Source: a bacterium
Lineage (GTDB): Bacteria > UBA8248
Length of the DNA: 64,000 nt
Assembly: GCA_963692865.2 (NCBI GenBank)
Contig: OY843592.1
Coordinates: forward strand, 1,760,001-1,824,000
Reading direction: 5' to 3'
This document shows, piece after piece, positions 59,148-64,000 of the stretch; positions within the stretch are counted from its first letter, which is position 1, and the number at the start of each line of letters is the position of its first letter. The notes under the pieces were generated by a model. That model made no database searches and was not told where the DNA came from. It worked only from the letters and a program-made list of their open reading frames with translations. A program made the position numbers and the translations under genes.

Positions 59148-61414
59148 GCACGCGCATCGTCGGCCGGCCTCATCCCATCATCGACGCCGTGGAGAAAGTC
59201 TCGGGCGCCACGGTTTTCATCAACGATCTGGAGCTTCCGGGCGCGCTGACTGGCATGGCGCTCAGGAGCCCCCATCCCCACGCCAGGATTTTGAACCTCG
59301 ACGCCTCGGACGCGGAGCGCTTGGCCGGCGTCGCCGTCGTTTTGTCGAAAAACAACACGCCGAACGCTCCTTTCGGCATCAACCACAAGGATGAGGCCGC
59401 GTTCTGCCGCGAGAAAGTCCGCTACCTGGGGGATGAAGTCGCCGCCGTGGCGGCCGTGGACGAGGAGACGGCGCGCGAGGCGCTCTCGCTCATTCGCGTG
59501 GAATATGAAGTTCTGCCCACGGTTGCGGATCCTTTCGCGGCGCAGGAGCCGGATGCGCCTCTCGTCCACGATTCCGTCGCCGGCAACATCGCGAACGAGT
59601 TTCACATCAAACGCGGCGAAATAGACGAGGCGTTTGATAAGGCGGATGCGGTGTTCGCGGACGAGTTCCACACCCATCTCGCGCACCAAGCCTATATCGA
59701 GCCCACTGGCTGTGCGGCTCAGTGGCATCCCGACGGGAAAATCTCCGTCTGGGGCTGTCTGCAGTCGGTGTTTTTGATTCGCACCTTCATGCTCGCGCCC
59801 GTCATGGGCAAGTCTCCCGATGATTTCCGCGTGACGCAGACCAAGCCGGGCGGCGCCTTCGGCGGCAAGCTGGACGTGAAGGCGGCTCTCATGGCGGCGA
59901 TGCTGAGCCGGGCGGCGGAAAAGCCGGTCAGATTCATGATGAGCCTCGAAGAAGACCTGATCGCCATGCGCCCCAGGATGCCGGTGCACATCTCCCTGGA
60001 GTCCGCCTGGAAGCGCGACGGAACGCTCGCGGGCAAGCGCGTCAGGATCGTGGCGGAAAACGGCGCCTACAGTTCGCTGTCGCCCGCCATCATGAGCTCC
60101 ATCGCGCTCAGGACGGACAATCTCTACAAGACGCCCGCCGCCGAGATTCAGGGAAAACTCGCCTACACGAACATCATCCCCTCGGGCCAGATGCGGGGGT
60201 TCGGCAACGTGCAGGCGACGTACGCCTGGGAGAGCCATCTCGACAACGTGGCCGACGGCCTGGGCCTGGATCCGGCCGATCTTCGCCTCAGGAACTACAC
60301 CGAAAAAGGCGACGTCTCGCTCCACGGCTGGAAAATCGCGAGTTGCGCCGTGGCCGACGCCACGAGGTACGTTGTCAGGGAGATGGACTGGAAAGCCAAG
60401 CGCGCCAGGGGAGGAAAAGGCCGCGGCGTGGGTCTCGCCAGTTGCATCCATGTTTCCGGGAATAAAGGTTTTTCGGTGGAGCTTGGCCCCGACGGCACCG
60501 ACCCATCTAGCGGCGTGGTTCGGGTGAATGAGGAGGGCAGGGTCGAAATCTGGTCGGGCGAGTCGGATCTGGGCCAGGGCGCCACCAGCGTGATGGCCTA
60601 CATCGCCTCCGAGGTCATGGGGATTCCCGTGGATCGGTTCAAGGTGCCGCCCACCGATACGGGCTACATGCCCTTCGGGATGGGCGCGTTCGCGAGCCGC
60701 ATCACCCTGATCGGCGGCAACGCCGTCAAGCTCGCCGCCGAGGACGCGCGGAGAAACCTCTTGGACGCCGCGGTGGAGTTCATGGAAATTCCGGCGGATG
60801 AACTCGAAATCGTGGAGGGCGATGTCCGGGCGAAGGCGCTCCCCGAGCGGAAGATGGCGGTGGGCGAGGTCGTCAGGCGGGCCGGAAGCGTGATCGAGGG
60901 CGAGGGGAAGTGGCTGGCAGGCGGAGACGTGCTCGACAAGGAGAAATACGGGAATCCCTCGACGACTTATTCCTTCAGCACCCACGGCGCCGAGGTGGAA
61001 GTGGACATGGAGACGGGCGTCGTCGATGTTCTGCGGATTTGCTGCGGCCACGATCCGGGCCGGGTGATCAACAGGCTGGGCGCGGAGGGCCAGGTCGAGG
61101 GCGGCGCGGTGCAGGGCATGAGCTACGCGATGATGGAGGGCCTGGCGCCGCTGGAGGGGCGTCTGCGCGGCAGGAATTTCCACGACTACCTCATCGCCAC
61201 CTCGATGGACGCCCCGCCCATAGAGCACGACTTCTTCGAGTCGATGGACCCTTACGGCCCCTACGGCGCGAAGGGGCTGGCCGAAGTGGCCATAAATCCG
61301 ATCACGGCGGCGATTTGCAACGCCGTCTATCACGCGACGGGCGGCGCGCGAATCCGCGCCCTGCCCGTCACCCCCGAGCGCGTACTCGAAGCCATCGAAG
61401 AAGCAAGGAAGTAA
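59144..61414 (+). CDS. Xanthine-dehydrogenase-family molybdopterin-binding subunit
   Basis: YIEP, GGAFGGK, MRGFG, LGQG, ASR, GQVEGG, AKGLAE. Confidence 0.92.
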   Translation: MSTRIVGRPHPIIDAVEKVSGATVFINDLELPGALTGMALRSPHPHARILNLDASDAERLAGVAVVLSKNNTPNAPFGINHKDEAAFCREKVRYLGDEVAAVAAVDEETAREALSLIRVEYEVLPTVADPFAAQEPDAPLVHDSVAGNIANEFHIKRGEIDEAFDKADAVFADEFHTHLAHQAYIEPTGCAAQWHPDGKISVWGCLQSVFLIRTFMLAPVMGKSPDDFRVTQTKPGGAFGGKLDVKAALMAAMLSRAAEKPVRFMMSLEEDLIAMRPRMPVHISLESAWKRDGTLAGKRVRIVAENGAYSSLSPAIMSSIALRTDNLYKTPAAEIQGKLAYTNIIPSGQMRGFGNVQATYAWESHLDNVADGLGLDPADLRLRNYTEKGDVSLHGWKIASCAVADATRYVVREMDWKAKRARGGKGRGVGLASCIHVSGNKGFSVELGPDGTDPSSGVVRVNEEGRVEIWSGESDLGQGATSVMAYIASEVMGIPVDRFKVPPTDTGYMPFGMGAFASRITLIGGNAVKLAAEDARRNLLDAAVEFMEIPADELEIVEGDVRAKALPERKMAVGEVVRRAGSVIEGEGKWLAGGDVLDKEKYGNPSTTYSFSTHGAEVEVDMETGVVDVLRICCGHDPGRVINRLGAEGQVEGGAVQGMSYAMMEGLAPLEGRLRGRNFHDYLIATSMDAPPIEHDFFESMDPYGPYGAKGLAEVAINPITAAICNAVYHATGGARIRALPVTPERVLEAIEEARK

Positions 61415-61462
61415 CGTACTGCCCGGTTTCCCGGAAATTCGCTCGAATCCCCAGGTGATGTC

Positions 61463-63103
61463 ATGCAAAACCTCTCCTGCGACGTTTTGATCCTCGGCGG
61501 CGGCCCCGCCGCCATGACGGCCGCCGTCGCCGCCATGGAGAGCGGCGCGGACGCGCTTCTGGTCTGCAAGCAGTCCCCTGGGAACTCGGGCAACATCGTC
61601 ATGGCCCGGGCGGGGCATTCGGCGAATTTCGCGCCCGACGACAGCGCGGCGCTGTTCCTGGAGGACACCCTGGTGGGCGGCGCGTACTTGAACCACCCCG
61701 ACGTCGCCCGCGCCATGTGCGCGGATTCCGCCGCGCGGATTCGGGACCTCTACGACTGGGGCATCCCGTTCATCACGCGCGAGGACGGCTCGTTCGACTT
61801 ACACCCCCAGGGCGGCCACGCGCGGGACCGCGGGGTCTACCCGGTCCGGAACTGGGGCGTGGAGGTGGCGAGGCCGCTGCGCAAAAAGCTCGACGCCGAC
61901 GGCGCCCGCATCCTCGAGAACGTCATGGCCGTCGATCTGCTCGTGGAGGACGGCGTCTGCCGGGGCGCGGTCGGCTTCCACACGAGGAGCGGGGAGATTT
62001 ACGCCGTATCCGCCCCCGCCACCATCCTGGCCACGGGCGGGGCGGGGCAGATATACGCCGAGAACACGAACGCGGGCGGCATCACGGGAGACGCCTTCGG
62101 CATGGCGCTCAGGGCCGGCCTGGCGCTCTCGGACATGGAGTTCGTCCAGTTCTACCCGGCCGTCATCAAGCGCCCGGAGAGCAACATGGTCGTCGCGCCG
62201 ACGCTGTTCCCGCTCGGGGCGCGCTTCCTGAACCGCGACGGCGAGGACGTCCTGCGCGGCGTGCCCGGCGGCGGCGCGGCCACGCGGGACCTGATGGCGC
62301 GGGCGGTATATCTCGAACTCATGCGCGGCGGCGGGGTGGACGGCGCCGTGCGGATGGATTTATCGGGCATCCCGATGGCCGATCTGGAGCATTTCGCGCC
62401 CGACAACCTCAAACTCTTCGCCAGAAGGGGCGTTTCGCCCCACGGGAGCGATATCTACGTCGCGCCGAAGGCGCACTTCTTCATGGGCGGGGTTCCCATC
62501 GACGGGGCGGGCGCGACGGCCATGCCGGGCCTCTACGCGGCGGGGGAGGCGAGCGCGGGCGCGCACGGGGCGAACCGCCTCTCGAACAACGCCTTCACCG
62601 AGGCGCACGCGCTGGGCCGGCGGGCGGCGGAGGCGGCGAGCGAATGCGCGAGGAGCGCCGGCGGCGCGGCGGCGGGTCCCGCCCTCGCGCGGCGTCACGC
62701 GGACGCCCTCGCGGCGCGGGCGGGCCGGACGGGCCGCGCCGTGGAGGCGGCCCGCGGGATCAAGCGCATCTGCTGGGAGAACGCGGGCGTCGTGCGCGAA
62801 GAAGCCTTGCTGGAGGAGGCGAGGGGCGAACTCGCCGAGGTCGGGCGGGATCTCGCCGCCTGCGGGGGGAGCGAACCCGCGCGGCTGGTGGAGGCCGTGG
62901 AGGCCGAGAACATGTGCCTGAGCGCGCGGGCGGTGGTGGAGGCCGCGCTGGCGCGGACGGAGAGCCGCGGCGCGCATTTTCGGACCGATTTTCCCGAGAC
63001 CGACGAGGCGCGCTGGCGGGTGAACGTTTTCGTCAAAAAAGAGGCGGACGCCTTTTCGGCGCGATCCCGCCCAATAGGCTCCATTTTGTGGGAAAACGAC
63101 TGA
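61463..63103 (+). CDS. FAD-dependent oxidoreductase, SdhA/FrdA/NadB family, stand-alone
   Basis: GGGPA, GGH, ATGG, QFYP, TRD, HFFMGG, HGANRL, ESRGAH. Confidence 0.85.
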   Translation: MQNLSCDVLILGGGPAAMTAAVAAMESGADALLVCKQSPGNSGNIVMARAGHSANFAPDDSAALFLEDTLVGGAYLNHPDVARAMCADSAARIRDLYDWGIPFITREDGSFDLHPQGGHARDRGVYPVRNWGVEVARPLRKKLDADGARILENVMAVDLLVEDGVCRGAVGFHTRSGEIYAVSAPATILATGGAGQIYAENTNAGGITGDAFGMALRAGLALSDMEFVQFYPAVIKRPESNMVVAPTLFPLGARFLNRDGEDVLRGVPGGGAATRDLMARAVYLELMRGGGVDGAVRMDLSGIPMADLEHFAPDNLKLFARRGVSPHGSDIYVAPKAHFFMGGVPIDGAGATAMPGLYAAGEASAGAHGANRLSNNAFTEAHALGRRAAEAASECARSAGGAAAGPALARRHADALAARAGRTGRAVEAARGIKRICWENAGVVREEALLEEARGELAEVGRDLAACGGSEPARLVEAVEAENMCLSARAVVEAALARTESRGAHFRTDFPETDEARWRVNVFVKKEADAFSARSRPIGSILWEND

Positions 63104-63140
63104 ACGCATTTATTTTCAGTTACTTGGCCTTGAGAAATTT

Positions 63141-63284
63141 ATTTTTATTTATCCAATTTTATCCGAATTTATCTTATTTTACGGAAATTCGCCCGTTTTT
63201 CGGAAACGGACGGCCCACGGTATCGCGGAGCGATCCTGCCACGCGCCGGAACCCCCGCCATGACGCGAAATGCGGGGAAATGCG
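63141..63284. repeat. 10-bp-period repeat tract related (inverted) to 22.0-22.5 kb
   Basis: ATCCAATTTT-ATCCGAATTT-ATCTTATTTT; GCGAAATGCG-GGGAAATGCG. Confidence 0.55.
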
Positions 63285-63329
63285 CGGCGGGACGGGCGCG
63301 GAGGCCCGAGCAGGCCAGGGGCCCGTCCG

Positions 63330-63730
63330 GCTGCGCATGCCGTTTGGTTGTTCCGATTGCAGGGGCCGCATGGTATGCGGCCCCTGCGACCCCTGCAAAG
63401 AAGCGCCCGTTTCTCCGCCGGGCAGGGCCGTTCGCGAATGGTGGGGCGGTCCCGAGGAGGGATTGCCCCTGCGAAACCATATTCCCTGGATCTCGGGATG
63501 AGGCGGGATTTCGCGGCAGGGAGGGGCCTCCGCGATTGCGTTCTCAGGGCCGCGTTCGACGCAGCTCTCGATGCGCTGAAGGCCGGGAAGCCGGAAAGTC
63601 CGTCGTTGCCGGAATGAAAGGCGGGGAAACGAATCAAATCAAGGCGAATGTCGTCAAAACGGCCGAGGAGGAAACCTTGCGGGGATTCATTCGGGAAAAC
63701 GCGGAACATGGCGCAAGGGTTTCAGGTGTC
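63330..63730 (+). pseudogene. IS1595-family transposase remnant
   Basis: MPFGCSDCR (Zn-ribbon-like) and GKSVVAGMKGGETNQIKANVV...TLRGFIRENAEHGARV in different frames. Confidence 0.6.
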
Positions 63731-63776
63731 GCGCCTTTCAGGTCTTTTTGCGGATCAGGCATTCCGGGCCTTGGCG

Positions 63777-63974
63777 TCAATTCGACCTCTCGAGTATTTT
63801 CCCCAATGCCAAATTCGCTTTTTCAAGACCTTTGACGGATTCGCGCAGGGCGTTCAATATTTCCTCTCCCGCTTCCGCTCTTTTATTGTTCGCCTGCACC
63901 ATTTTCCAGATGCCGATACTGACGGCGACAGGCATCAAGAGCTGCCCTATCGGAATCGGATCGAATTTTATCAT
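63777..63974 (-). CDS. Small membrane-anchored coiled-coil hypothetical protein
   Basis: Hydrophobic N-terminal stretch followed by an amphipathic helix; may be truncated by the adjacent IS end. Confidence 0.4.
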   Translation of the reverse strand: MIKFDPIPIGQLLMPVAVSIGIWKMVQANNKRAEAGEEILNALRESVKGLEKANLALGKILERSN

Positions 63975-63984
63975 TTGTATCGAC

Positions 63985-64000
63985 CTTCTCTAATCGGGTA
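63985..64000 (-). mobile_element. End of a second copy of the IS1111-type element (cut by window edge)
   Basis: CTTCTCTAATCGGGTA is identical to 20176-20191. Confidence 0.7.

Noticed and set aside
57780-61414. Calling the molybdoenzyme CO dehydrogenase or 4-hydroxybenzoyl-CoA reductase
   Set aside because: It lacks the CoxL AYxCSFR loop, and the FAD subunit lacks the HcrB [4Fe-4S] insertion; substrate left open
59081-63501. Long shadow ORFs (e.g. 59081-61696 minus, 61717-63501 plus; also 11151-12929 and 16501-18258 minus)
   Set aside because: They are antisense or off-frame to well-supported genes, an artefact of high GC

Overview
High-GC bacterial chromosomal window, rich in catabolic and redox genes: four LLM oxidoreductases, two UbiD, two cyclases, TRAP and Liv-type transporters, and a xanthine-dehydrogenase-family molybdoenzyme. 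It also holds four toxin-antitoxin pairs, tRNA-Ala(GGC) and intergenic clusters of nested REP/MITE repeats. Two signals stand out. (1) A complete IS110-superfamily (IS1111-type) element (20176-21646) is inserted at a CT core in a repeat hairpin. Its 3' non-coding region contains guides matching both the reconstructed target and the donor circle junction, so the bridge/seek RNA can be decoded from sequence. A second copy begins at the window edge, at a site differing only by G:T wobble positions. (2) A hidden selenoprotein: ORFs 56907-57167 and 57192-57704 form one AhpD/CMD-like frame with a C-G-Y-U motif and a SECIS-like hairpin right after the UGA. It sits in a LysR-adjacent catabolic operon just ahead of the molybdenum hydroxylase genes. 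Product calls come from motif recognition only; no database search was run.
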